NCBI GenBank assembly: GCA_964599215.1
Contig: CAZRDV010000005.1
Location: forward strand, 1-58,317
Source of the DNA: an uncultured archaeon
GTDB lineage: Archaea > Aenigmatarchaeota > Aenigmatarchaeia > GW2011-AR5
DNA: 58,317 nt
Reading direction: 5' to 3'
Shown here: positions 9,145 through 18,255 of the stretch, one piece after another
How positions within the stretch are numbered: the first letter of the stretch is position 1
Layout: every line of letters starts with the position of its first letter
Notes under the pieces: model-generated
What the model was told of the DNA's origin: nothing
Seen by the model: the letters and a program-made list of their open reading frames with translations, nothing else
Databases searched by the model: none
Made by a program: the position numbers and the translations under genes

Positions 9145-10002
9145 ATGAGGCTGAGCAAAGAAACAAAAAACAGAATTATGAAATTCCAGAAAAACGAGAT
9201 AACAGAGTATTTTATATATAAAAACCTGGCAGGCACTGCAAACAGGCATAACAAAAGAGTATTGAACCATATATCCAAGGACGAATTACGCCATTATAAT
9301 TTCTGGAAAAAATATACTGGTAAAGACGTAAGGCCAGACAGGCTTAGCATCTGGAAATATCTTCTTATTGCAAAGTTGTTTGGTCTGACTTTTGGCGTCA
9401 AGCTTATGGAAAAGGGCGAGGAAAGCGCACAGGCAACATACGCAAAGGTGAGGCTACCAGGTGTTAGAAGAATTATAAGCGAGGAAGACAGGCACGAGAA
9501 AAAGCTGATAAATCTTATAAACGAAGAGCGGCTCAGGTATGTTGGTTCTATGGTGCTCGGCCTGAACGATGCATTGGTTGAGCTGACCGGAGCGCTAGCT
9601 GGATTTACGCTTGCACTGCAAAACACGCGCCTGATAGCAATGGCAGGCCTGATTACAGGCGTTGCTGCATCCATGTCAATGGCTGCTTCTGAGTACCTTT
9701 CAACAAAAACAGAATCCAGCAGCAAGAGCCCTGCCAAAGCATCTCTGTACACTGGCTCTGCCTATGTGGTTACGGTGATATTGCTTATAATGCCGTTCCT
9801 TTTATTCAGTAACCTCTATCTTGCGCTTGGAGTTACAATATTTAATGCAATCATGATCATTGCGATATTCAATTTCTACATATCAGTTGCAAAAGACCTG
9901 CCTTTCAGAAAGAGATTCTTTGAGATGGCATCTATAAGCTTGGGCATAGCAGCGCTGACCTTCGTCATAGGGTTCTTCATAAGGATATTCCTAGGAATAT
10001 AG
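9145..10002 (+). CDS. Rubrerythrin-like domain fused to VIT1/CCC1 iron exporter (MbfA-like)
   Basis: N-terminal E-xx-H motifs (DELRH, EEDRH); VLGLNDALVELTG, SMAASEYLS and five TM segments. Confidence 0.9.
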   Translation: MRLSKETKNRIMKFQKNEITEYFIYKNLAGTANRHNKRVLNHISKDELRHYNFWKKYTGKDVRPDRLSIWKYLLIAKLFGLTFGVKLMEKGEESAQATYAKVRLPGVRRIISEEDRHEKKLINLINEERLRYVGSMVLGLNDALVELTGALAGFTLALQNTRLIAMAGLITGVAASMSMAASEYLSTKTESSSKSPAKASLYTGSAYVVTVILLIMPFLLFSNLYLALGVTIFNAIMIIAIFNFYISVAKDLPFRKRFFEMASISLGIAALTFVIGFFIRIFLGI

Positions 10003-10016
10003 AATTGCAGTATTAG

Positions 10017-12242
10017 TTACTGCTGTCTCAGCCATTTATACCATCTTTCATAGATAAGCTTGCTGTCCAGTTCGCCTGCCTCCTGCTTGACCTCGTCGCT
10101 TATCAGATGGAATTGGGAATTTGAGTTTATTACATTCTCAGCCTCCAGGAGATCAGGCCTTTTCTTCTGGTCAGAATAATCCACCAGGGTCTTCATTATA
10201 TTTTCCCTTAGCTTTATGTTATTCCACACAGCATCCCATCTGCCTTTCCACTCCCTGATTCTTGAGGCAATCTCGTTAAGCACAAAGCTCTCTCCCATGA
10301 GCAGGGTTTTGCTTGGCTTTAGCCTGTCCTCTACTGCAGAGTATTCAAAGAGATTGACAAACCCACCTTCTTCCAGCGGGTCAGTTTTCCAGTGCTTCCT
10401 GACTTCTGTCATTTCTACTACACGCCTGAATGAGTGCATGCCGTCCGGGGTTTTCAGCATATTGCATATTGTTATTAGATCCATTGCCTTGAATGAGGTA
10501 GGAGGTACACCTAGATCATTGACAACTCTGTCGAAGACGCCGTACGCACTGTCACCGTGTATGGTACCGGCAACAACATTAGCCATGGCTCCTATTCTCA
10601 TGGCTTCGAACAGGGCAAGTGCTTCAACACTCCTGACCTCACCTACTATAAGGCAGGAGTCTCCTAGACGAAGCGCAGTTCTCAGGGCCTCCTCAGCAGG
10701 CAGTTCTGTTTCTATCCGTGTAATTACAGAACGGCTCTTCAGCCTTTCTATATTATAACCAAGATTTCTAAGTGCCTCGACAGGCAGCTCCAGCGTATCC
10801 TCGACAGTTATGGTTCTTAGCTTCGGCATTATCTGGACCATGCATGCTCCAAGGAATGACGTCTTTCCGCTGCTCCGCGTGCCAGCTATTAGCAGGGTCC
10901 TTGCACCATCCATTATAAACCATAGCATCGCTGCAGAGAACGGGTCTATCATCCTGTTTCTGATGAAAAGTGGGAAGGTCCATGGTTTTTCCCTGTGCCT
11001 TCTGAATGCAAAGCCAAGACCCTCAGGCGACAATGTCCTTGTTATAGCAGCTACTCTCGCTCTCCCGCCAGGCACATTAATCTCTGTGTCCAGAACAGGA
11101 TTTGCCTCGTCCAGGGGCCTGCCTGACATAAGCCTGAACCTGGTTGCCCAGCTGTCTGCATCCTCCCTGCTCGGTACAATGTTGGTTTCGCATTGCTCAT
11201 GATCAGAATGGTAGATAAATACCGGCAGCTTGCCAACAGGCGAATTGACAGATACATCCTGGATCTTTTCATCCTCGAGGAATATCTCAAGAATGCCTAA
11301 ACCAGCTGTATACCTTGTCAGTATGTTAGCCAGGCTCTTCAGCTTACTGACATCTATTTTTACATTGCCCCTTTTCGAGAGGTCTGTCAGCATGTCAAGG
11401 CTTATTCTGTAGATATTCTCTCTTACCCTTGCAGGTTCTGCCAGTTCAGATTCCTTTGGTTCATGTTTTCCTATCAGATTTCTTGCATTATCAAGCAGGG
11501 CATATTCTTCTTCCTCAAGCCTGAATTCCGGGGGGATTATATGGTAAAACTTCCTTACGTTGCCCTGTATCTTGTAGATCTCTACAAGGCTCTCCCCTAC
11601 GTTGTATCTTTCTATGAGCTCTGAATCAGCAGGCGGGGCTGTAACATACCTTGTGTACATGAAGTTAGGCTTTACTGACGGGTTGAATATCTCCCTGTAC
11701 AATGACCTGTTCTTGTGCTCGCTTAACCTGTCCATTGCAAGCCTGATTAGTTCACAGCTTTCCAGTATGTTCTTTATTGGTATCAGTGCCCTGTTCATAT
11801 AGTGCTCGCAGCAGGCCTTCTTTACTCCGGTCTCCCTGTTTATCCTGACACGTGTGTGCCTTATCTCCCGCAGGAGCTCCCTATAGGCATTTATAGGGTC
11901 GTACCTGATTTCGTTGTAAATCCTATGGAGAACAGTATACCTTGGGCCTGCGTCTTCCTCGCAGTCCGGCAGTACTATGTTGCCGAGGGATATTATCCTC
12001 TCCCTGCTTATTTTCTCCAGTGCAATTGCTATTTCTAAAAGCAGTCTAGAATCAGAAAAGCCGTATTCATGCTCCATTCTTTCTGCAAATACGATTCTCA
12101 CAGGCTTTTTCAGCTCTGAGAGCTTGTCTATGGTTTTTGCCATGCATACATCAAAGTCCTCTATGCTCGCCCCGTATACGCAACCAAGACAATTAATCCT
12201 CATTGTCTGGCTTTCTTCATCGTACTCATAATCACAGACCAT
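10017..12242 (-). CDS. Type II/IV secretion (VirB11/FlaI/TadA-like) ATPase with long Cys-containing N-terminal extension
   Basis: Walker A AGTRSSGKTS, Asp box TVEDTLE, Walker B LIVGEVRS, His box GTIHG. Confidence 0.92.
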   Translation of the reverse strand: MVCDYEYDEESQTMRINCLGCVYGASIEDFDVCMAKTIDKLSELKKPVRIVFAERMEHEYGFSDSRLLLEIAIALEKISRERIISLGNIVLPDCEEDAGPRYTVLHRIYNEIRYDPINAYRELLREIRHTRVRINRETGVKKACCEHYMNRALIPIKNILESCELIRLAMDRLSEHKNRSLYREIFNPSVKPNFMYTRYVTAPPADSELIERYNVGESLVEIYKIQGNVRKFYHIIPPEFRLEEEEYALLDNARNLIGKHEPKESELAEPARVRENIYRISLDMLTDLSKRGNVKIDVSKLKSLANILTRYTAGLGILEIFLEDEKIQDVSVNSPVGKLPVFIYHSDHEQCETNIVPSREDADSWATRFRLMSGRPLDEANPVLDTEINVPGGRARVAAITRTLSPEGLGFAFRRHREKPWTFPLFIRNRMIDPFSAAMLWFIMDGARTLLIAGTRSSGKTSFLGACMVQIMPKLRTITVEDTLELPVEALRNLGYNIERLKSRSVITRIETELPAEEALRTALRLGDSCLIVGEVRSVEALALFEAMRIGAMANVVAGTIHGDSAYGVFDRVVNDLGVPPTSFKAMDLITICNMLKTPDGMHSFRRVVEMTEVRKHWKTDPLEEGGFVNLFEYSAVEDRLKPSKTLLMGESFVLNEIASRIREWKGRWDAVWNNIKLRENIMKTLVDYSDQKKRPDLLEAENVINSNSQFHLISDEVKQEAGELDSKLIYERWYKWLRQQ

Positions 12243-12382
12243 AGCATTGCCTATTATCTATTTGTCATAATTGTTTTATATCTTTGGGGATTTTTGCAGG
12301 CAGTCTATGTAAAAGCAGGAAAAATCTTGATAGCAACCTTAAAATACAGAGAAGAACAACTGATATTTATCAGTGGTTTGAT

Positions 12383-12733
12383 ATGCAGAATGATAAGGAT
12401 CAGGTTATTATGAAGGAGCTTGTCCGCAGGAGCAATGACGAGCTAAGAAGGATAAGGGAGCTGGAGAACAAGTTCCGGACAATAGAGAACAAGGCAGCTT
12501 CTATAGAGGGCATTTTACTGGAAAAGATGAAGAAAATGGATTCCCGATTTATAGAAATCGAGGCCAGCATTAAAAATATTACCGACGGGCTTGGGATTGT
12601 AAAGAGCAACCTCGAGATTATAAACAGGCAGATGAACCGCTTTGCCATGAAGAGGGACATAAAAGAAATAGAGAGGATGTTTAACCTGCTAAGTCCTGGC
12701 AAAGAACCTGTAGAAGAGCTTACAACCGATTAA
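12383..12733 (+). CDS. Hypothetical coiled-coil protein
   Basis: Heptad-rich ORF; ATG 12383 preferred because of GTGGT SD-like element; ends KRDIKEIERMFNLLSP. Confidence 0.7.
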   Translation: MQNDKDQVIMKELVRRSNDELRRIRELENKFRTIENKAASIEGILLEKMKKMDSRFIEIEASIKNITDGLGIVKSNLEIINRQMNRFAMKRDIKEIERMFNLLSPGKEPVEELTTD

Positions 12734-12766
12734 AAAGTTTTATTAATCTGGAAAAACATATATGAA

Positions 12767-13429
12767 GTGAGGAAAATGTTTTTTAGGAAAAAGAAAAAAG
12801 GCATACCTGTTCCTATCGAAGAAGTTCAAAGGTTAATGAGAAGCGGCCTTAGCGACAAGGACACAATCAAGGAGCTAAAGAGCCAGGGATACTCATATGA
12901 AGATATAGAAAAGGCAATGCTACAGGCAGTGAAAGCAGGGGTAGGGGAAGAACAGCCCAAGGAGAGGAAACAGATGGAATCGATTATAGGAAGATACGGT
13001 GAAGAACAGCCCTCCATTGATCATGACGATGAACTACCGCTGCTGGGCGAGGTCTATCCTACAGATACTTCTTACAACCAAGAGATAAAATTACCTGAAA
13101 CAGAAGAGCCTGAGCTTATAATAGAAGAGCTTGTTGAGGGCGTTGTTGAAGAGAAATGGCAGAGACTGAGCGAATCCGTAAACAAGATAAACAGCAAGAT
13201 AGAGGAAATCAGGATCGGGTTTGAACAGGTAATCCAGGGGATGAATGAGAAGAAGGGTGCCTCTGGCAAGGATTTCAGTCCGGAAATATCAGACCTTTCA
13301 AGGCGTTTAGAAGATTTAGAGATAAGGATAGGCGGGCTTGAGAAGGCCTTCAAGCAGTTGTTGCCGTCGCTTACAAGGAATATAGAGAATCTTTCAGAAA
13401 TGGTTCATGAGATGAAAAGCAAAGCCTAG
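12767..13429 (+). CDS. Hypothetical protein with N-terminal helical domain, acidic linker and C-terminal coiled coil
   Basis: PIEEVQRLMRSGLSDKDTIKELKSQGYSYEDI...; IEELVEGVVEEKW; LEKAFKQLLPSLTRNIENLS. Confidence 0.8.
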   Translation: MRKMFFRKKKKGIPVPIEEVQRLMRSGLSDKDTIKELKSQGYSYEDIEKAMLQAVKAGVGEEQPKERKQMESIIGRYGEEQPSIDHDDELPLLGEVYPTDTSYNQEIKLPETEEPELIIEELVEGVVEEKWQRLSESVNKINSKIEEIRIGFEQVIQGMNEKKGASGKDFSPEISDLSRRLEDLEIRIGGLEKAFKQLLPSLTRNIENLSEMVHEMKSKA

Positions 13430-13431
13430 TT

Positions 13432-13908
13432 CTACTGTTTTCCAGCTATGAAGACAACAGCAACAGCCATTACTATCACCATGAATATGGCTGCTACCAC
13501 ATCGCTTTCAACAGTAACGCCGAAAGTGCCGAGAACTATCATGAAGACGATTATCCCAACACCAGCCAGGAGAGCCATTATCTCCCTGCTCTCTGCGAAC
13601 TTTGAGATGTCCCCACCTGCCATTGATACGAAGAGGACAGTTACAAGTATGCCGCCAAGGACAACAGCTGCTATTCCAAAGAGGTTGGAGAAGAACGTGC
13701 CCAAGAGCGGTCCTCCATAGCCTACAACGAAGAAAGCAGCAACAAGCGAGACAACGCCTATTATCTTCTGGTCCTCGCCAAGTGCCTTAGACTTAACCAG
13801 AAGCCCGTAGGTAACAGCAAACATGAGTAACCAGGGGAGTAAAAAACCAAAAAACCCCATCTGGTTGAGATTATAAACTAAAAGCTCAAAGGGATTCATG
13901 GGATTCAC
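13432..13908 (-). CDS. Multi-TM membrane protein, paralog 1
   Basis: GFFGFLLPWLLMFAVTYGLL...VVSLVAAFFVVGY. Confidence 0.8.
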   Translation of the reverse strand: MNPMNPFELLVYNLNQMGFFGFLLPWLLMFAVTYGLLVKSKALGEDQKIIGVVSLVAAFFVVGYGGPLLGTFFSNLFGIAAVVLGGILVTVLFVSMAGGDISKFAESREIMALLAGVGIIVFMIVLGTFGVTVESDVVAAIFMVIVMAVAVVFIAGKQ

Positions 13909-13922
13909 TTACTGAGGCAGGC

Positions 13923-14477
13923 TTAGCCTTGTCCTTGCTGTGCTGGTTGTCTTTGGCCTTCTGCAGCAGCTGGTTTCTCTTTTTCACCTATTACGAAAAT
14001 CATTGCTACTATTATTATCACTACTACGAAAATAGCTGCTATTGCACCGTCATCAAGGGCAATTCCGCTTACCACTGTTCCTGTTGCTGTCATGAACAAT
14101 ATTATGCCAATGACGAACAAAACCAGTATCCCTATCCTAATGCCCCATGCTCCGCCTAAGAGCCCTAGTGCATTATGTACTCCTAGACCTGTCATTGCCA
14201 TGAATAGGACAATCACAAGTATACCTGCTAGGAATATGGTTGCACCGCCGAACAGACTGCCGAAGAAAGCTGCCATAGGGGGTCCGTAGTATCCTACTGC
14301 AAAGAACGCAACTACAAGCCCTATTAGTGCTGAAACCCTGCTGTTTGCACCGCCGAACAGCCCTGCTTTTGCCAGCAGCCCGTAGACCACTGCGAAAACA
14401 AAGAGGAACGGCAGCACGAAGTCATAGAATCCCAACTCATTTAGATTCGTTATTAGAGTTGTAAAAACGTCTGCCAT
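13923..14477 (-). CDS. Multi-TM membrane protein, paralog 2
   Basis: GFYDFVLPFLFVFAVVYGLL...LIGLVVAFFAVGY; own TATA (TATATAAA at 14507-14514). Confidence 0.8.
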   Translation of the reverse strand: MADVFTTLITNLNELGFYDFVLPFLFVFAVVYGLLAKAGLFGGANSRVSALIGLVVAFFAVGYYGPPMAAFFGSLFGGATIFLAGILVIVLFMAMTGLGVHNALGLLGGAWGIRIGILVLFVIGIILFMTATGTVVSGIALDDGAIAAIFVVVIIIVAMIFVIGEKEKPAAAEGQRQPAQQGQG

Positions 14478-14566
14478 GTTTATCTTATTCTATTTACTAT
14501 TCCCGGTTTATATAGTTATCGAGCTGATAAATCCAAAGGAATAGAATTACGAATCAATTACGTCAG

Positions 14567-15028
14567 TTAGTTTTGCTGTGGCTTGGATGGCGGGTTGTAG
14601 GAATAAGCAGCAAATAATATTAATAATATTATTAGAATGCCAACCACCCAGAGCATGATTTCTGATGTGAATGGCAGCGGCAGGTAACCAGCAAGGCTGT
14701 CCCAGAACACAGCCAATAGGATGAGCGAGATGGCAAGTACAACTGTTACAGGTACAGTGTCACTTACTCCTCGGCCTCCTATGAAAAGCTTCTTTATGAA
14801 CACGATAAAGAACAGGACCACAAGAAGTATCGAGGCAAGGGGCAGCAGCTCCTGTAAAAAGGAGACCAGCGGAGAGTACATAACAGCAAAAAAGGCAATT
14901 ACTATTGATATGAGCGCAGCTGCTTTTCTGGTTGCTGCGAATATGCCTGTGAATATGAGCAACGCATAAACTATCGCAAAGACAAAGAGAAAGGATGTGA
15001 CCTGCGGAAGGAATTCCATAAAATTCAT
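14567..15028 (-). CDS. Multi-TM membrane protein, paralog 3
   Basis: SFLFVFAIVYALL...LISIVIAFFAVMY. Confidence 0.8.
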   Translation of the reverse strand: MNFMEFLPQVTSFLFVFAIVYALLIFTGIFAATRKAAALISIVIAFFAVMYSPLVSFLQELLPLASILLVVLFFIVFIKKLFIGGRGVSDTVPVTVVLAISLILLAVFWDSLAGYLPLPFTSEIMLWVVGILIILLILFAAYSYNPPSKPQQN

Positions 15029-15035
15029 GGTATCA

Positions 15036-15704
15036 CTAATGCTTCATTTTCAGCAGCTTCATTGCATGGTCAATTATTTCTTTCTCATTTGCACCATGTG
15101 CAGCCAGAAGTGCTGCAAACCTTACCCTTTCGCCAGGGTTGAATTTCATAGCGCTTTGCATTCTCCTGAACTCTGTCAAATATTCCCCGAGTTTACTTAG
15201 CTGCTCTGGAATCAACCTTTTATCAGGGTTGGTTTTAGATTCTTCTACAACACCGCACTGCACTTCAATAGAATTCAACATGTCTGCAGCTGCCTGTGCA
15301 TGGCTCTCTGCAACTGCGCCAGTTGCCATTGATGTCCTTCCAGATCCTCCACCGCCTCCACTGGTTTCGCTGCCTCTCCTCAGGCCGAAATGGCCAAAGA
15401 AGAAGAAAACAAGGCCCATTACTATCAGCAGGAACAGGAAGTACGGCCCTGCAAGCAATGCGAACATCGAATAATACCCGCCGAATACTATGAACAAATA
15501 GAAGGCAATGCTCAGCAGCAGCTTTATTTTTGAACTGTCTGTAAGCCTTCCTACAAGCGTGTAGATGACCACTATTATGAATACAGTAGGGATGAAAAGA
15601 AACATGACAAGGTCGTTTATTATCTGGCCGCTGAATGGCGAGCCTGGATACTGTGTCATACCCAGAATCTCAACAAAAAGCAGAGTGCCTATATCAACTG
15701 CCAT
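15036..15704 (-). CDS. Membrane protein (3 TM plus soluble C-terminal domain), possible distant paralog
   Basis: LFIPTVFIIVVIYTL...LLLSIAFYLFIVFGGYY; Gly-rich linker. Confidence 0.75.
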   Translation of the reverse strand: MAVDIGTLLFVEILGMTQYPGSPFSGQIINDLVMFLFIPTVFIIVVIYTLVGRLTDSSKIKLLLSIAFYLFIVFGGYYSMFALLAGPYFLFLLIVMGLVFFFFGHFGLRRGSETSGGGGGSGRTSMATGAVAESHAQAAADMLNSIEVQCGVVEESKTNPDKRLIPEQLSKLGEYLTEFRRMQSAMKFNPGERVRFAALLAAHGANEKEIIDHAMKLLKMKH

Positions 15705-15778
15705 GCATATAATAACGCCTAGGTAAAATAAAAAGGTTAAACTAACAAAACAGGGTTGAAATAAAAAGAAAAAATCAA

Positions 15779-16885
15779 TTACTGCGATGCCTGCGGACTG
15801 AAGTAGTTGTCTATCCTATTTATCTTGTCGTCAGCGTTCTTTTTCAGTCCTTTTGCAAGTTCCTTGACCCTTGATGCATAGCTTATCCCGTTTTCTATGT
15901 TTTCCAATGTTTTACTGAACAGACTATCAAGCCTCTGGTATTGTGTTTCGAATTCCTGTGCATTGTCTTGCCTTTCTCCTAACCATACATTTAAGTACTG
16001 GCCAAGCTTGTCTTTTTCTGTTCTATTTTTCTCTGATTTGTATGTAGACTTGTCTTCCGTGTACTTTGTTTTACTTTTTCCAAAGTCATCTCTTTCACGG
16101 GTTATGAAATCTTTTCTTTCGTCAAGTTCTTTTAACAGCTTATCCGCTTGGTTTGTTGCAAGCACTGCTTTTTTCATGTTGGTTTCGTACTGCTGTCTAA
16201 AACCGGGTATGTTAAATTTATAACCAGCCTCTGACTGTGCATGGAAAAATCCTGTTTTATTGCCAGTGTCTTTATTCTCCAGATTTTTAAGCTTCGGTAG
16301 GTCGTAGTCTATGTCTGTAAGCGAAGCGGTTATTTCTCTACACACCTTGTTCTGTGCTTCCAGTTCTTTTTGCGTTGTTTTTGTGCTGTTTCTTGCAACC
16401 TTGTTTGTCGTATAACCCCTGTAAAGAACCTCTTCTTCAGGCGTCAGTTTTCTTTGCATCTCTTCCCTTATAGCACCAAGTTCTTGTTCTACTTGCTTTT
16501 TAAGTTCTTCCAATTCACTCATTTTTTCACCTTTTTTTCTCCTGCTAGTAGAAGTCTTTTCTTTTTTCGTCTTAATTTTTGTCTTATCTCTTTCAGGAGT
16601 ATAACTTTTTCCAGGAATAGGCTCTTCGGTAACAGGTTCTCCCTCTCTTGGAGTGTAACCAATGCTCTCTGGAGCTGTAGGCACTCCTGGATATATACTA
16701 GGAGGACCTCCTAATACGTACTTAGTATTATCTTCCTCACTTCTTGCCCTGCTTCTTGTAGCCCATAGTGGCATTCTTCTCCCATCGCTTATAGGAGGTA
16801 CATTCAGGCCTGTAAATACCATCTCATTCGCAAAGCAACTAAGCGGACCACCGTAAAACCAACTTTCTGGAATTTGTTCTGGCAT
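15779..16885 (-). CDS. Hypothetical protein with Pro-rich N-terminus and long coiled coil
   Basis: 368-aa ORF; SD AGGTGA before ATG 16885; Lys/Glu-rich heptads. Confidence 0.7.
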   Translation of the reverse strand: MPEQIPESWFYGGPLSCFANEMVFTGLNVPPISDGRRMPLWATRSRARSEEDNTKYVLGGPPSIYPGVPTAPESIGYTPREGEPVTEEPIPGKSYTPERDKTKIKTKKEKTSTSRRKKGEKMSELEELKKQVEQELGAIREEMQRKLTPEEEVLYRGYTTNKVARNSTKTTQKELEAQNKVCREITASLTDIDYDLPKLKNLENKDTGNKTGFFHAQSEAGYKFNIPGFRQQYETNMKKAVLATNQADKLLKELDERKDFITRERDDFGKSKTKYTEDKSTYKSEKNRTEKDKLGQYLNVWLGERQDNAQEFETQYQRLDSLFSKTLENIENGISYASRVKELAKGLKKNADDKINRIDNYFSPQASQ

Positions 16886-16886
16886 T

Positions 16887-17024
16887 TCAATCACCTTTGT
16901 TTAGTCTGCTTTTGTAAGTAGGTGTATCAGAACCAGCCTTACTGAGATGATATCCTATTGACCTTACTACATCTCCTATAGTTTCATTCTGCATTCTTTC
17001 ATAAACTTTTCCAGGTCTTGACAT
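16887..17024 (-). CDS. 45-aa hypothetical microprotein
   Basis: MSRPGKVYERMQNETIGDVVRSIGYHLSKAGSDTPTYKSRLNKGD; SD GGGGTG; TATA at 17057-17071. Confidence 0.5.
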   Translation of the reverse strand: MSRPGKVYERMQNETIGDVVRSIGYHLSKAGSDTPTYKSRLNKGD

Positions 17025-17103
17025 ACGACCACACCCCATCTTACTACTGCACCCCAGTATATAAAGATTTCGTCACTGGAGAGTAGTTATTACTATCTAT
17101 TTC

Positions 17104-17202
17104 TTATTTCCTCAGCTCCTTGCCGCAGAACCCGCAGAAGGTTATTCCGTGGGATCTTACAACAGGACCTCTGAATCCGTCTCCACAATCGTGCTTTCTC
17201 AT
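17104..17202 (-). CDS. 32-aa putative Zn-finger microprotein
   Basis: MRKHDCGDGFRGPVVRSHGITFCGFCGKELRK (HxC...CxxC); SD GGGGGTG. Confidence 0.5.
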   Translation of the reverse strand: MRKHDCGDGFRGPVVRSHGITFCGFCGKELRK

Positions 17203-17220
17203 AAACCACACCCCCTTGAA

Positions 17221-17730
17221 TCATTTGTTTTTGCTTATTGCACCCTGAAGGATACCGTCTACTATTTCAGGATGCCTGTCTAGGTACTTGCTTTCTGCCC
17301 AGTTAGCAGCCTTGCCCAGGACAACCTCTGACCATATGTACGATGCAGCAGAAGCAAGAGCACCTGTATCAGCTACTTCACGATTACCAAAAGCAAGAAA
17401 CCCAGCAGCCACAAGAGGCATTGCTGTACTTACGAATCTCTGAGCATGCCTTGGTAATTTATATAAAAATGGCATTTCCTTGAACCATTCCGGATCGTTA
17501 TAATAATCATTTACAGTCTTTGTTGCCTGACCAATTGTGAACAGAGCAGCAGGCATTACCAGATAATCACCAGGCATATCAGGTGTACCTGCACCGACTG
17601 CACTACCTATATCAGAGGCTCCTGTTAAAATACCCCCTCCTCTGCCTATTGCATCAACTACCCTATAAGCAGTTTCTACGTTGCCCCTTTCAGGTTTTGC
17701 AAGTTCTCTATAAACCTTAGCTTTATTCAT
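17221..17730 (-). CDS. Hypothetical Gly/Ala-rich, probably membrane-associated protein
   Basis: 169 aa from ATG 17730 with SD AGGTG; hydrophobic stretches. Confidence 0.7.
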   Translation of the reverse strand: MNKAKVYRELAKPERGNVETAYRVVDAIGRGGGILTGASDIGSAVGAGTPDMPGDYLVMPAALFTIGQATKTVNDYYNDPEWFKEMPFLYKLPRHAQRFVSTAMPLVAAGFLAFGNREVADTGALASAASYIWSEVVLGKAANWAESKYLDRHPEIVDGILQGAISKNK

Positions 17731-17878
17731 AACCACACCTTTTACCACTTAACAGTAACATTACTATAATGTGTTTATCACTACTTCTCAGTGGTATTTA
17801 AAGATTTCTGTAGTGCGGGATATACTCAGAAATAGGCATGCAAAGCTTTGGCTAAAACTTATCATGCAGAATGCTCAA

Positions 17879-18004
17879 TTAACCGCCGACGGTGTCGCCG
17901 TTAAAGAATGAGTATAACGCCTCATTATACTTTTCCTCTTTCATCTTCTTGATAAAACGGATTCTATCTTTCTCTATTCTCTCTTCTCTTGTATCTATTT
18001 TCAT
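17879..18004 (-). CDS. 41-aa charged microprotein
   Basis: MKIDTREERIEKDRIRFIKKMKEEKYNEALYSFFNGDTVGG; SD GGTGAG. Confidence 0.5.
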   Translation of the reverse strand: MKIDTREERIEKDRIRFIKKMKEEKYNEALYSFFNGDTVGG

Positions 18005-18255
18005 AATCTCACCACTATTTACGCTGATATTACAATTATACGCTAATGGAAATATAAGCCTTTGATGGGCATATTTGTGGGAAATTTTACAAATAGATTA
18101 TATAAATAACCCTGTTATAGGCTAATAAATGGAAAAATATTCTATGGGCCTAGGCAATGCGGTTTGATACGATCATAATGTATTTAAGCAGGCAGAATCA
18201 TCCATAAGCCAGAAATATAAACAGCCTTTAAAAAAATGCCTTGAAACTATTATTC

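Noticed and set aside
10017-12242. Archaellum motor FlaI
   Set aside because: No flaH, flaJ or archaellin genes adjacent, and the N-terminal extension is atypical.
17879-17930. Hairpins near 17880-17930 as a structured ncRNA
   Set aside because: The stems are short and imperfect and lie inside a plausible 41-aa ORF with a good SD.
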